Assembly: GCA_963555755.3 (NCBI GenBank)
Contig: OY820905.2
Span: 3,904,001-3,968,000, forward strand
Length of the DNA: 64,000 nt
Direction: 5' to 3'
Origin: Nitrospirales bacterium
Lineage (GTDB): Bacteria; Nitrospirota; Nitrospiria; Nitrospirales; UBA8639
In this document: piece after piece, positions 1-9,213 of the stretch
How the letters are laid out: every line of letters starts with the position of its first letter
Position numbering within the stretch: the first letter of the stretch is position 1
Made by a program: the position numbers and the translations under genes
The notes under the pieces: model-generated
What the model saw: only the letters and a program-made list of their open reading frames with translations
Told to the model about the DNA's origin: nothing
Database searches by the model: none

Positions 1-1
1 T

Positions 2-559
2 GCGTCGGCATCGGTGCTGGCCATCTACCGAGACCCGCAAACTACCTCTAAAATACTTCGAGATCGGCTGCAGGCAGCCCTTACTCCTCTCATGCCGATC
101 ACCATCATTAGCAATCAGGAATTACGAGCTGAGATTCTCGAAATTTTTGATCGAACCTTCCGGGTCACGCATGGCTTGGAACTAATTGCGGTGCTCGTTG
201 GGCTATTGGGCATCGTCAATACCCTACTCACCGCAATCATCGAACGCCAACGAGAGTTCGCCACCTATCGCGCCATTGGAGCCGGGGTGCGGCAAATTCA
301 AGCCATGGTGTTGTGGGAATCACTAATTCTCGGCGCCATCGGCGCAATCCTAGGCTTACTGGCCGGCCTGCTCCTAGCCGCCCTGCTCATCTTCGTCATC
401 AACAAACAATCCTTCGGATGGACCATCCAATTCGTAGTTTCCTGGGGTACCTTAGTCGGCGCAGTAACGGTCGCCGGCATAGCCGCAATCGTAGCCGGTT
501 ACCTCCCAGCCCGTTGGGTCACCAAAGGCGTCATCGCCGAGGGGTTACGGTATGAGTGA
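2..559 (+). CDS. ABC transporter permease, FtsX/MacB-like, C-terminal part (5' truncated by window)
   Basis: Frame is open from the window edge. Hydrophobic TM segments, 'NTLLTAIIERQREFATYRAIGA' FtsX-type motif and C-terminal 'LPAR...LRYE'. Confidence 0.85.
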   Translation, partial: ASASVLAIYRDPQTTSKILRDRLQAALTPLMPITIISNQELRAEILEIFDRTFRVTHGLELIAVLVGLLGIVNTLLTAIIERQREFATYRAIGAGVRQIQAMVLWESLILGAIGAILGLLAGLLLAALLIFVINKQSFGWTIQFVVSWGTLVGAVTVAGIAAIVAGYLPARWVTKGVIAEGLRYE

Positions 560-597
560 TGGATAAAGAAATCTTGGTTTATTTGCCTTGTCCAATG

Positions 598-616
598 TGC
601 TAGCATCATGCCAGCA
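598..616. promoter_or_regulatory. Putative RHH-antitoxin operator
   Basis: TGCTAGCA (598-605) and TGCCAGCA (609-616) lie 11 bp apart just upstream of the antitoxin and resemble FitA-type half sites. Confidence 0.4.
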
Positions 617-651
617 TAAAACAATGAATCATTTAGCTAAGGAGCATAGCC

Positions 652-876
652 ATGAGCACCCTCACCATTAGAAAAATTCCAGAAGCCATTCTCGATCGGC
701 TCAAAGCAGTTGCCAGTCGGAAGGATCATTCCATGGAACAAGAAGTACGTGAATTGCTTAAAAAAAAGTATGCCACTACTCCCGAGATAGCCTCACGGAT
801 TCAGAAGCGGTGGAAAGAATTACCCAAGACCACCCCTGCGAAAATAAAAACATGGCGCCAAGTCGGTCGTCCCTAA
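652..876 (+). CDS. FitA/Arc-like ribbon-helix-helix antitoxin
   Basis: 74 aa, 'MSTLTIRKIPEAILDRLKAVA...SMEQEVRELL' RHH pattern. AAGGAG RBS; lies directly upstream of a PIN toxin. Confidence 0.85.
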   Translation: MSTLTIRKIPEAILDRLKAVASRKDHSMEQEVRELLKKKYATTPEIASRIQKRWKELPKTTPAKIKTWRQVGRP

Positions 877-889
877 AGAGGTCTACCTG

Positions 890-1303
890 GTGGTTGTAGA
901 TACCATGGTCTTTGCCTACGCGCTCCTTGGAGTCTCACGTTTTCGTGACGAATCCCTCTCGGTATTAACCAATGTTGAAGATATCCTGGTTCCCGATAGC
1001 TTCCGAGCCGAACTCGTGAATGTGGTATGGCAATGGACGCGCGAAAACCAATTGACCCTTGAGGTTGGCATGAATGTGCTGGCAGATGCGGATGCCCTAA
1101 TCACCCATGCGGCTCCTGCGGACGAGTTGTGGGAACGTGCGCTTGAGTTGTCTGTGGCCGCGAATCATCCAGCCTATGACACCCTGTTCGTAGCACTAGC
1201 CGAGAGAGAAGGGACCGGCCTCATTACCTACGACACAAAATTGCGCAAAAAGTTTCAGGATCAGACTATCTCGCCCTCGGACTTTCTTGCCAATCTGTCT
1301 TGA
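890..1303 (+). CDS. vapC: PIN-domain VapC/FitB-type toxin
   Basis: 'VVDT' N-terminus, conserved E, 'AYDTLFVALA' and 'LITYD' acidic PIN motifs. Confidence 0.9.
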   Translation: MVVDTMVFAYALLGVSRFRDESLSVLTNVEDILVPDSFRAELVNVVWQWTRENQLTLEVGMNVLADADALITHAAPADELWERALELSVAANHPAYDTLFVALAEREGTGLITYDTKLRKKFQDQTISPSDFLANLS

Positions 1304-1334
1304 TAGAAATTGTTCAAAATCCATATGAAATAAC

Positions 1335-1460
1335 GTCATTTCTCCGAGCACCCTCATTGGAGCAGTCACCGTAGCAGGCGTCGCCGCAATCGCCGCCGCC
1401 TACCTCCCAGCCCGCTGGGTCACCAAAGGCGTCATCGCCGAGGGTTTGCGGTATGAATGA
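1335..1460 (+). pseudogene. Diverged second copy of the ABC permease 3' end
   Basis: Translates VISPSTLIGAVTVAGVAAIAAAYLPARWVTKGVIAEGLRYE*, 34/41 aa identical to 434-559, with many synonymous changes. Confidence 0.92.
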
Positions 1461-1576
1461 TAGGCAGGTGACGAGTTTATTTGCACCTAGCATTTGTTTA
1501 TACTCTTCCTCATGAAGTTAGTTGCCATTTATTAAAATCACATCAGCTGGATTCAATTTCATTTCTATCTGACATC

Positions 1577-4378
1577 ATGACCACACCGGAAGACCAAGCC
1601 CGCGAAACTATTGACAAACTCTTGGAACAAGCAGGGTGGAGCGTTCAGGATGCCAAGCAAGTCAACTTGAGTGAAGCGCAGGGAGTAGCGATTAGAAACT
1701 TCTCTTTGGAGCACGGGCATGGCTTTGCGGATTACCTCCTTTATGTAAATGGGAAAGCTGCAGGAGTCGTCGAAGCCAAAAAAGAGGGCCATACGCTCAC
1801 AGGCGTAGAAATTCAGAGCGGGAAGTATAGAGACGGCTTGCCAGTGCACTTGCCAGCGCATACCCGCCCCTTGCCATTTCTCTATCAAAGCACTGGGATC
1901 GAAACCCGCTTTACCAACGAACTTGATCCGGAACCGCGAAGCCGTCTCACCTTTGCCTTTCATAAACCAAAAACCCTGGCGGACTGGCTAGCCGAAGCAA
2001 ACATTCCACAAGCCGAACCAAAACCAACCCAACTGGCCGCAGAGCACCGCGAGACTTATAAAACCTACTCCACCGTTCGAAAACGCCTCCAGCAATTACC
2101 AACGCTTATTGAAGAAGGCCTCTGGCCCGCGCAAAAGATTGCCATCAAAAATCTGGAACAGTCGCTGGCCCAAGACCGCCCCCGTGCCCTCATTCAAATG
2201 GCCACCGGCAGCGGCAAGACTTTCACTGCCATTACCGCCATCTATCGCCTCATCAAATTCGCCGGAGCCCGGCGCGTCTTATTCTTGGTGGATCGGGGCA
2301 ACCTGGGCGACCAAACCCTCAAAGAATTCCAGCAGTATGTCTCGCCGTATAACAACTTTAAATTCACCGAAGAATTCATCGTCCAGCGACTCAGCAGCAA
2401 CACGCTCGACACCACCGCACGGGTGTGCATCAGCACCATCCAACGCATGTACTCCATGCTCAAGGGCAAAGAACTCTCGGATGAAGACGACGAAGCGTCC
2501 ATTGGTGGCCTGGAAAATCTTTTCAAACAACCGGAACCTCTTGAATACAACCCGGCCATCCCCATCGAAACCTTCGACGTCATCATCACCGACGAATGTC
2601 ACCGCTCCATCTATAATCTCTGGGCACAAGTGCTCGAATACTTCGATGCCTACCTCATCGGCCTCACTGCCACACCCAGCAAGCAAACCTTTGGCTTCTT
2701 CCACCAAAACCTGGTCATGGAATATCCCCACGAGCAGGCCGTGGCCGATGGCGTCAACGTCAACTACGACGTGTATCGCATCCGCACCGCCATCTCCCAA
2801 GCCGGCTCAAAAGTGGACGCAGGACTCTTTGTGGAAAAGCGCGAACGAGAAACCCGAAAAACACGGTGGGAACAACTCGAAGACGACTTCGCCTACGACC
2901 CCAACCAACTCGATCGCGACGTCGTCGCCCCGGACCAAATCCGCACCATCGTCAAAACCTTCCGGGACAAACTGTTCACCGAGATCTTCCCAGGCCGCAC
3001 CGAAGTACCCAAAACACTCATTTTCGCCAAAGACGATGCCCACGCCGAAAACATCGTCGAAATCCTGCGAGAAGAATTCGCCAAGGGCAACGACTTCGCC
3101 CAAAAGATCACCTATCGCACCACCGGGGCCAATCCCAAGGACCTCATCAAGTCGTTCCGAAACAGCTATCACCCGCGCATCGCCGTTACCGTGGATATGA
3201 TCGCTACCGGCACCGACATCAAACCCGTGGAAATCGTCGTCTTCATGCGGGCCGTCAAATCCCGCTCGTTCTTTGAACAAATGAAAGGGCGCGGCGTGCG
3301 CGTCATCAAGGCAGACGACCTAAAAGCCGTCACCCCGGATGCCACCACCAAAGATCACTTCGTCATCGTGGATGCGGTGGGCGTCTGTGAGCAGGATAAA
3401 ACCGACGCCCGCCCCATGGAGAAAAAACCCAGCGTCTCCTTTGAAAAACTGCTGCAAGCGGTCTCTCTGGGCAACACCGAAGAAGACGTCCTCACCACCA
3501 TCGCAGGACGCCTAGCCCGCATGGAACACCGCCTCACCAAAGAAGACGAACAAACCATTGTGAAGGCCAGTGGAGGGTTAAACCTCAAAGACCTCAGCCA
3601 CCGCCTCTTGGAAGCCGTCGATCCCGATAAACTCGACACTACTTCCCTAGACGAAAAAGGTGCCGATGCCCTACGAGCCAAACTCATCCAAGACGCCGTC
3701 AAACCCTTTCACGATCCCAAACTACGGGAACTCCTCGTCGACATCAAAAAGAAAAACGAAATCACCATCGACCACGTCAGCCAAGATCAAATCATCGAAG
3801 CAGGGTTCAGTGCCGAAGCCCTTGACCGAGCCAAAGGCATCGTCCACTCCTTCGAACAATTCATACAAGACCACAAAGACGAAATCACCGCCCTTCAGGT
3901 GCTGTACAGTAAACCCTACAAGGCAAGACTCACCTTCGAGCACATCAAGGAACTCGCCGCAGCCATCGAAAGGCCACCCTATCTCTGGAACGAATCACAA
4001 CTCTGGCAAGCCTATGCTGCGCTGGAGGAGTCGAAGGTCAAAGGGACCAGTGCCAAGCGTATTCTCACGGATTTGGTTTCCTTGGTTCGGTTCGCCATCC
4101 ATCAGGACAATGAACTGATTCCCTTCCCCGAGAAAGTCCAGGTCAACTTCAAGGCATGGATGACCCAGCAAGAAGCATCAGGAAAAACATTCACCGAGGA
4201 GCAGGGACATTGGCTAGAAATGATCCGCGACCACATCGCTGCCAATCTGAGCATCGACACAGAAGATTTTGACTATGCACCGTTCGCTCAGGAAGGTGGA
4301 TTAGGGAAAGTGCATCAAGTATTTGGAGAAAAGCTGAATGGGATCATTGAAAAATTGAATGGGGCATTAGCGGCATGA
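1577..4378 (+). CDS. hsdR: Type I restriction enzyme R subunit (EcoEI/EcoAI-like)
   Basis: 'ADYLLY...VVEAKK' nuclease, 'MATGSGKT', 'DECHRS', 'TATP', 'FEQMKGRGVR'. Start placed at ATG 1577 (MTTPEDQAR). Confidence 0.95.
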   Translation: MTTPEDQARETIDKLLEQAGWSVQDAKQVNLSEAQGVAIRNFSLEHGHGFADYLLYVNGKAAGVVEAKKEGHTLTGVEIQSGKYRDGLPVHLPAHTRPLPFLYQSTGIETRFTNELDPEPRSRLTFAFHKPKTLADWLAEANIPQAEPKPTQLAAEHRETYKTYSTVRKRLQQLPTLIEEGLWPAQKIAIKNLEQSLAQDRPRALIQMATGSGKTFTAITAIYRLIKFAGARRVLFLVDRGNLGDQTLKEFQQYVSPYNNFKFTEEFIVQRLSSNTLDTTARVCISTIQRMYSMLKGKELSDEDDEASIGGLENLFKQPEPLEYNPAIPIETFDVIITDECHRSIYNLWAQVLEYFDAYLIGLTATPSKQTFGFFHQNLVMEYPHEQAVADGVNVNYDVYRIRTAISQAGSKVDAGLFVEKRERETRKTRWEQLEDDFAYDPNQLDRDVVAPDQIRTIVKTFRDKLFTEIFPGRTEVPKTLIFAKDDAHAENIVEILREEFAKGNDFAQKITYRTTGANPKDLIKSFRNSYHPRIAVTVDMIATGTDIKPVEIVVFMRAVKSRSFFEQMKGRGVRVIKADDLKAVTPDATTKDHFVIVDAVGVCEQDKTDARPMEKKPSVSFEKLLQAVSLGNTEEDVLTTIAGRLARMEHRLTKEDEQTIVKASGGLNLKDLSHRLLEAVDPDKLDTTSLDEKGADALRAKLIQDAVKPFHDPKLRELLVDIKKKNEITIDHVSQDQIIEAGFSAEALDRAKGIVHSFEQFIQDHKDEITALQVLYSKPYKARLTFEHIKELAAAIERPPYLWNESQLWQAYAALEESKVKGTSAKRILTDLVSLVRFAIHQDNELIPFPEKVQVNFKAWMTQQEASGKTFTEEQGHWLEMIRDHIAANLSIDTEDFDYAPFAQEGGLGKVHQVFGEKLNGIIEKLNGALAA

Positions 4379-5844
4379 GCATAACCAAGGCACAGGTAAG
4401 CGCTGATCTGAGCTTAAGGTTTGAGACACAAAAAATCGAGGATGTTGCGGACGTCAATCCACGCATAGACAAGTCGGCGATTCCAGAGGATCTGCTAGTT
4501 TCGTTTGTTCCCATGCCCGCCGTTGGCCCAGGCGATGGGACTATTAATGTTCAAGAGACACGGCCGGCCGGAGAAGTGAAGAAAGGCTTTACTTCTTTCC
4601 TAGAAAGGGACGTGCTGTTTGCCAAGATTACGCCCTGCATGGAAAACGGAAAGATGGCTGTTGTACCGAGACTCATAAACGATTACGGCTTTGGTTCAAC
4701 TGAATTCCATGTCCTTCGCCCACAACCAGGAATGGATGCCAAGTATCTTTATTATTACGTGTCTAGTAGGAACTTTCGCTCGGAAGCCGAACGGTATATG
4801 ACCGGAGCAGTTGGGCAAAGGAGGGTCCCAACAACTTATCTTAAGGAATCCAAGATTCCAGTAGCACCACCCGAACAACAAAAATGTATCGTTGCGGAAA
4901 TCGAAAAACAATTCTCCCGCCTCGACGAAGCCGTCGCTAACCTCAAACGGGTCAAGGCCAACCTCAAACGCTACAAAGCCGCCGTCCTCAAAGCCGCCGT
5001 CGAAGGCAAACTCACCGAAGCCTGGCGAAAAGCCCACCCCGACGTCGAACCCGCAAGTAAACTCCTCGAACGCATCCGCACCGAACGCAGAGCGAAGTGG
5101 GAAAAGACCGAAATCAACAAAATGGAAATAAAAGGCCAGGTGGCTATCAGTGATCAATGGAAGAATCGCTATAAGGCACCTTTAAAGTTAGATGAGGACG
5201 TGATTGCCAACATTCCACCAACGTGGGAGGAGGTCTCCCTTGATTCCATATCTAGCTTGATTACTGATGGCAAACACGGCGATTGTAACGACGAGACTGG
5301 GTCAGGGTATTACTTTCTTAGCGCAAAGGATGTTCATGACGGTAAGCTACACTACTCAAAAGCCAGGCAAATCAACAAAGATGAGTTCATGGAGGTTCAC
5401 TACAGAACAAACCTTGAATTAGATGACGTTTTAATTACAAATGCAGGAACAATAGGACGCGTCGCAATAGCTAAAGATAAACAAAAGCTGCCATTTACGA
5501 CTTTTCAAAAAAGTGTCGCAATAATCAAGCCCATTAAGACATTTGTGTCTTCGGGTTTTCTTGCATATCACCTCGAAGCGAATGTGAACAAAATGCAAGC
5601 GAAGTCTGCAGGTACTGCTGTGAAGAACTTGTTGCTAAGCACACTTAAGGCTACCCCCTTTTGCCTCCCCCCCCATGACGAGCAATTACAAATAGTGGAG
5701 GATGTTGAGCGCCGATTATCCATCATCGAGGAATTCGAAGCCACCGTCGAAGCCAACCTCACCCGCGCCGAGCGGCTGCGACAGTCAATCCTTAGCCGAG
5801 CATTTACCGGTCAGTTGATTGTGCAAGCTTTGGTGTCGCGATGA
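4375..5844 (+). CDS. hsdS: Type I R-M specificity subunit
   Basis: Two target-recognition domains (TRDs), each followed by conserved 'PP.EQ..IV..IE' helices. ATGA overlap with hsdR. Confidence 0.95.
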   Translation: MSITKAQVSADLSLRFETQKIEDVADVNPRIDKSAIPEDLLVSFVPMPAVGPGDGTINVQETRPAGEVKKGFTSFLERDVLFAKITPCMENGKMAVVPRLINDYGFGSTEFHVLRPQPGMDAKYLYYYVSSRNFRSEAERYMTGAVGQRRVPTTYLKESKIPVAPPEQQKCIVAEIEKQFSRLDEAVANLKRVKANLKRYKAAVLKAAVEGKLTEAWRKAHPDVEPASKLLERIRTERRAKWEKTEINKMEIKGQVAISDQWKNRYKAPLKLDEDVIANIPPTWEEVSLDSISSLITDGKHGDCNDETGSGYYFLSAKDVHDGKLHYSKARQINKDEFMEVHYRTNLELDDVLITNAGTIGRVAIAKDKQKLPFTTFQKSVAIIKPIKTFVSSGFLAYHLEANVNKMQAKSAGTAVKNLLLSTLKATPFCLPPHDEQLQIVEDVERRLSIIEEFEATVEANLTRAERLRQSILSRAFTGQLIVQALVSR

Positions 5845-6743
5845 GCACGTGGGAAGACTTATTTCGGTCATGGGCTCAAGGACCTGGAAAGACGGAAAGC
5901 GATAAATGCGAGAATGCCGAAGTGGCAGTGCGAAAAGCAATTAATGCTGACAGGGCACTTTCAAAATTGGACGTTAGCGTGTTTGCACAAGGTTCATACA
6001 AGTCCAGAACGAACGTGAAACAAGATAGCGACGTGGATATTTGTATTCGTTATAACGAAGCGTTTTTCCCAGAATATCCCGATGGGAGATCTAGTGATGA
6101 CTTTGGGAACGTTGATTCTGGCTTAAAGTTTTTCGATTTCAAAGAAATCGTTGAAAAGGCCCTTAAATCCTATTTTGGGTCATCGGCAGTTAGGCGGGGC
6201 AATAAGGCATTTGACATCCATGCCAACACATATCGTATCGATGCAGATGTTGTCCCGACCTACGAGTATAGGTGTTACACAGGTGGATTGGATAGGGATG
6301 GGAACCACGATTATCTTTCAGGTGTGGCGTTTCTTACTGATGAAGGCAAGAAGATTATCAACTGGCCTCAACAGACCTTCGATAATGGAGTGGAACGGAA
6401 TACTGAAACAGGGAGGCGGTACAAGCGCGTCATTAGAATTCTTAAGCGGCTCCGAAACGCCATGCAAGAGGACGGGATATCAGAATCTGAGAATGTGGCT
6501 TCATTTCTCATAGAATCCATTGTATGGAATGCACCAGTAGAGGACTTCCAGCATGACACATATACCGCCGATGTACAGAATGTAATCGCGGATATTTTTA
6601 ATCGAACCCTCACTGAAAAGGAGTGCTCCGAATGGGGTGAGGTGAACGAACTCAAGTATCTCTTTCGAGCATCTCAGCCTTGGACAAGAGAACAGGCCAA
6701 CCAGTTTCTTGACGCAGCCTGGCACTATATAGGATTCGAATGA
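5841..6743 (+). CDS. cdnE: CBASS CD-NTase, CdnE-like cyclic dinucleotide synthase
   Basis: 300 aa, 'QGSYKSRTNVKQDSDVDI' (GS...DxD), 'DADVVP', 'IINWPQQ', 'YKRVIRILKRLRN', 'SFLIESIVWN'. Confidence 0.9.
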   Translation: MSTWEDLFRSWAQGPGKTESDKCENAEVAVRKAINADRALSKLDVSVFAQGSYKSRTNVKQDSDVDICIRYNEAFFPEYPDGRSSDDFGNVDSGLKFFDFKEIVEKALKSYFGSSAVRRGNKAFDIHANTYRIDADVVPTYEYRCYTGGLDRDGNHDYLSGVAFLTDEGKKIINWPQQTFDNGVERNTETGRRYKRVIRILKRLRNAMQEDGISESENVASFLIESIVWNAPVEDFQHDTYTADVQNVIADIFNRTLTEKECSEWGEVNELKYLFRASQPWTREQANQFLDAAWHYIGFE

Positions 6744-7396
6744 AAAACCTTCACCTGAAGCGATTTGCCCTGGTTCTGTTTGGTGTATTCGCTATTAGCT
6801 TCATATGTGTTGCACTCCAAAGTGGAAAGACTGTCCAAGATCTATGGAGTGCACTCGCTATCGCTTACAAGACAATCCCCATACTTTTGGTAGCGTTAGG
6901 AGTATTTATCAATTGGGCGTGGCGTTGGAAAATCTTCTGCGGCTGGCTGGTTCCATTTCCAGACCTTAACGGTACATGGCAAGGTACGATTCAGACTACA
7001 TGGAAAAACCCAGAGACTGGAGAAGTCCCTGGCCCCATACCTGTCATCCTTACAATTAAGCAGTCCTTCACTCGAATCAGTTGTGTCATGCGCACAGCCG
7101 AAATGACCAGTCGCAGTTATCTGGCTGATTTTTGGTTGGATGGAGATGAGCAAATACGAAAACTCGGCTACAGTTACCACAGTAAACCATTGCCCTCGGT
7201 GGCAGATCGTAGTCAGCCACACGATGGAACCATAGTGTTTGAAATAGTTGGAACTCCCGTAGAAAAGCTGAAAGGGGTTTATTGGACCGAAAGAAAGTCC
7301 AAAGGCGAAGTTACCCTTCGTTTCAGGGAAAAGCATTTGCTAGAAGAATTCCCAAAGAATCTCGGTATTCATCCCGTGGCAGGAAAGCGGCAATGA
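6740..7396 (+). CDS. cap15: CBASS Cap15-like 2TM + beta-barrel membrane effector
   Basis: Two N-terminal TM helices, then 'PDLNGTWQGTIQTTW' and a beta-rich domain ending 'LKGVYWTERKSKGEV'. ATGA-coupled to the CD-NTase. Confidence 0.85.
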   Translation: MKNLHLKRFALVLFGVFAISFICVALQSGKTVQDLWSALAIAYKTIPILLVALGVFINWAWRWKIFCGWLVPFPDLNGTWQGTIQTTWKNPETGEVPGPIPVILTIKQSFTRISCVMRTAEMTSRSYLADFWLDGDEQIRKLGYSYHSKPLPSVADRSQPHDGTIVFEIVGTPVEKLKGVYWTERKSKGEVTLRFREKHLLEEFPKNLGIHPVAGKRQ

Positions 7397-7512
7397 ATAA
7401 CAGTTCCTCTACAGCATCAACCCAAATCGTCCAAAAACTCTGGAACTACTGTAATGTCCTCCGCGACGACGGGATGAGCTACGACATTCAATGTAAAGAT
7501 TTCAGCCAATAA
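7393..7512 (+). pseudogene. Truncated duplicate of the hsdM 5' end
   Basis: MNNSSSTASTQIVQKLWNYCNVLRDDGMSY then diverges. 7423-7481 matches 9225-9283 at 56/59 nt, and the 3 differences are synonymous. Confidence 0.92.
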
Positions 7513-7519
7513 TTGGACC

Positions 7520-8164
7520 ATGACCCCAATTCCTACCTCGATACTTCGTTTTACGCACGTGGATAACCTGGCCACAATCATCCAGCGAGGTGGACTTCAT
7601 GCACCAAACCTCGTGCCCGATGATGGATTGAATTATCGCTTCTGTCACAGTGCCGAAGTTCAGGGAGCCCGTGCTGAGGTACCTATTCATCTAGGACCGG
7701 GTGGGACCATTCATGACTATGTGCCGTTCTATTTCGGGTATCTGTCGCCCATGATGTTAAACCTGAGGACCGGCCGCGTGGAAGGTTATACCGAAGGACA
7801 GGAACCTCTGATCTATCTCGTCGCCTCGGCTCAAGCTATTGAAGCGGCTGGCATCAGGTTTGTGTTTTCAGATGGGCATGGCCTTGCTATTTTCACTGAA
7901 TGGTTTGATGATTTTGCCAAATTAGATGCTATTGATTGGACGTTGGTGTATGAGCGATATTGGTCGGACAATATTAATGATATGGATCGCCAGCGAAAGA
8001 AACAGGCTGAATTTCTTGTGCATCAGTTTTGTCCTTGGTCGATAATCCATGAAATTGTAGTGATCGATTCGGCCATGCAGCAGCGCGTGGAGACGATTCA
8101 GGCAGCCTTCCCTGCAGATCAAAGAAAGGTAGTCAGGATTGATCCAAATTGGTACTATTGGTGA
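7520..8164 (+). CDS. darT: DarT DNA ADP-ribosyltransferase toxin (DUF4433)
   Basis: 'FTHVDNL..I...GL', 'DYVPFYF..LSPM', 'FSDG', 'KQAEFLV' with the catalytic Glu. Confidence 0.93.
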   Translation: MTPIPTSILRFTHVDNLATIIQRGGLHAPNLVPDDGLNYRFCHSAEVQGARAEVPIHLGPGGTIHDYVPFYFGYLSPMMLNLRTGRVEGYTEGQEPLIYLVASAQAIEAAGIRFVFSDGHGLAIFTEWFDDFAKLDAIDWTLVYERYWSDNINDMDRQRKKQAEFLVHQFCPWSIIHEIVVIDSAMQQRVETIQAAFPADQRKVVRIDPNWYYW

Positions 8165-8172
8165 CCTAACTT

Positions 8173-9213
8173 ATGATTAGAAACGCGACAGGTAATCTCC
8201 TTCAGGTTGACGCCGAAGCCCTGGTTAATACCGTCAACTGTGATGGTTTCATGGGCAAGGGCATTGCTCTGCAATTCAAGCAAGCCTGGCCCGAGAACTT
8301 CGAGGCCTATGCCCGTGCATGTCGTGGGAAAGAAGTCCGACCTGGAGAGATGTTTATCTGGGAAACCGGACGCATGATGAACCCGAAGTACATCATCAAC
8401 TTCCCAACTAAACGACACTGGCGAGGTAAATCTCGAATGGAAGACATCCGCAGCGGGCTGCACGCCTTGGTTGCAGACATGCGTCGCTTGGGAATTCACT
8501 CAATCGCTGTCCCGCCGTTAGGATGTGGTAACGGTGGACTTGATTGGCAAGAGGTTCGTCCCCTCATTGAATCCGCGTTTGCCGAAGTACCCGACGTGGC
8601 TGTTCAGTTGTTCGGCCCCCTTGGCGCACCTGATGCGAAGACCATGCCGGTGAACACGAAAAAACCTTCGATGACTATCAGTCGCGCCTTGTTCGTCAAG
8701 GTCATGCACCAATATGAAACCTTGAGTTATCGCCTTACATTATTAGAGGTTCAAAAACTGGGATACTTTCTCCAAGAAGCTGGGGAACCTCTTAGATTGA
8801 GATTTCAGGCAGGATTGTACGGACCCTATGCCGCGAATTTGAATAAAGTGTTGGAACGAATCGAAGGACATTTTATTCGTGGTTACGGTGATACCCAAAA
8901 ACCGGATACCGACATTGAACTGCTTCCCGGTGCGATTGAAGAAGCCAACAAGTTTCTTAGCGAGCACCCGATACCCATCTCACGGTTGAACCGAGTGGGC
9001 GATCTTATCCAAGGGTTTGAGACACCATATGGTATGGAGTTACTGTCCTCAGTCCATTGGGTTTCCACGTATGGCAAGCCGAAGGCCACTACCTTGGAGA
9101 TGGCCGTAGAGTCCATTCATTCGTGGAATGAGAGAAAGCAGAAGATGTTCCGCCCTGAACATATTCACATTGCCTATCAGCGCCTCCATGAGCTTTCTTG
9201 GATAGCCAAGTGA
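8173..9213 (+). CDS. darG: DarG macrodomain antitoxin
   Basis: 'GNLL...AEALVNTVNC.G.MGKGIALQFK', 'IINFPTKRHW', 'PPLGCGNGGL', plus C-terminal 'LEVQKL.YFLQ...YGPYA'. Confidence 0.95.
   Translation: MIRNATGNLLQVDAEALVNTVNCDGFMGKGIALQFKQAWPENFEAYARACRGKEVRPGEMFIWETGRMMNPKYIINFPTKRHWRGKSRMEDIRSGLHALVADMRRLGIHSIAVPPLGCGNGGLDWQEVRPLIESAFAEVPDVAVQLFGPLGAPDAKTMPVNTKKPSMTISRALFVKVMHQYETLSYRLTLLEVQKLGYFLQEAGEPLRLRFQAGLYGPYAANLNKVLERIEGHFIRGYGDTQKPDTDIELLPGAIEEANKFLSEHPIPISRLNRVGDLIQGFETPYGMELLSSVHWVSTYGKPKATTLEMAVESIHSWNERKQKMFRPEHIHIAYQRLHELSWIAK

Noticed and set aside
1481..1576. N-terminal extension of HsdR given by the ORF track
   Set aside because: AT-rich, promoter-like sequence; the recognisable HsdR N-terminus begins at ATG 1577.
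2109..4118. Long alternative-frame and antisense ORFs over hsdR (e.g. 363 aa at 2109-3200)
   Set aside because: Ser/Pro/Thr-rich shadow frames expected from strong C-ending codon bias; no motifs.
4375..5844. Phase-variable invertible hsdS locus
   Set aside because: Single hsdS, with no silent TRD copies, flanking inverted repeats or adjacent invertase seen.
5841..7396. Pycsar instead of CBASS
   Set aside because: The enzyme has Pol-beta-type GS...DxD CD-NTase motifs, not a class III cyclase.
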